NCBI GenBank assembly: GCA_002269645.1
Contig: NIVC01001328.1
Location: forward strand, 1 to 42,256
Source: Macrostomum lignano
Taxonomy: Eukaryota
Direction: 5' to 3'
DNA: 42,256 bases
In this document: positions 42,194 to 42,256 of the stretch, one piece after another
Layout of the letters: the number at the start of each line of letters is the position of its first letter
Numbering within the stretch: the first letter of the stretch is position 1
Notes under the pieces: model-generated
What the model was told of the DNA's origin: nothing
Seen by the model: only the letters and a program-made list of their open reading frames with translations
Database searches by the model: none
Made by a program: the position numbers and the translations under genes

Positions 42194-42256
42194 TTAGGTT
42201 AGGGTTAGAGTATAGTTTAAGTTAGGCTTCTGTGTAGGGTAGGTTACGGTTAGGGT
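42194..42256 (+). repeat. Degenerate TTAGGG-like repeats at the window end
   Basis: ttaggttagggttagag...gttagg...tagggtaggttacggttagggt. Confidence 0.5.

Overview
Eukaryotic (metazoan) genomic DNA with spliceosomal GT-AG introns, so the ORF track's GTG/TTG starts and its long repeat ORFs are mostly misleading. The style (GGC/GCA-rich exons, many unrelated minisatellites, TTAGGG-like end) suggests a free-living flatworm such as Macrostomum lignano; this is inference only. Contents in order: the 3' exons of DNA topoisomerase III alpha (377-2814, +); a small type I membrane protein with a PPPY motif (3744-4231, +); a truncated copy of the start of a TRP-like gene (~6123-6315); a recently inserted full-length Ty3/Gypsy (Mag-like) LTR retrotransposon with identical 254-bp LTRs and an AGTGC target-site duplication (13011-17394, -); an intact full-length I-group/LOA-R1-like LINE (APE-RT-RNase H-CCHC, 21037-26413, +) inserted in the middle of a 20-bp satellite, with a TAATG stop/start overlap between ORF1 and ORF2; a nine-exon ZCCHC14/ZCCHC2-like SAM-domain gene (28614-37716, -); and a divergent TRPV-like channel gene (40239-42084, +) followed by degenerate TTAGGG-like sequence. 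Two CORE-type tRNA-derived SINEs lie in introns. Tandem arrays with 5, 15, 20, 21, 22, 27-28, 32, 33 and 41 bp units fill much of the remainder. Most host genes and the LTR element carry single-base frameshifts (consensus error or decay), whereas the LINE ORFs and the 21-bp array carry none. All alignments and counts were done by eye.
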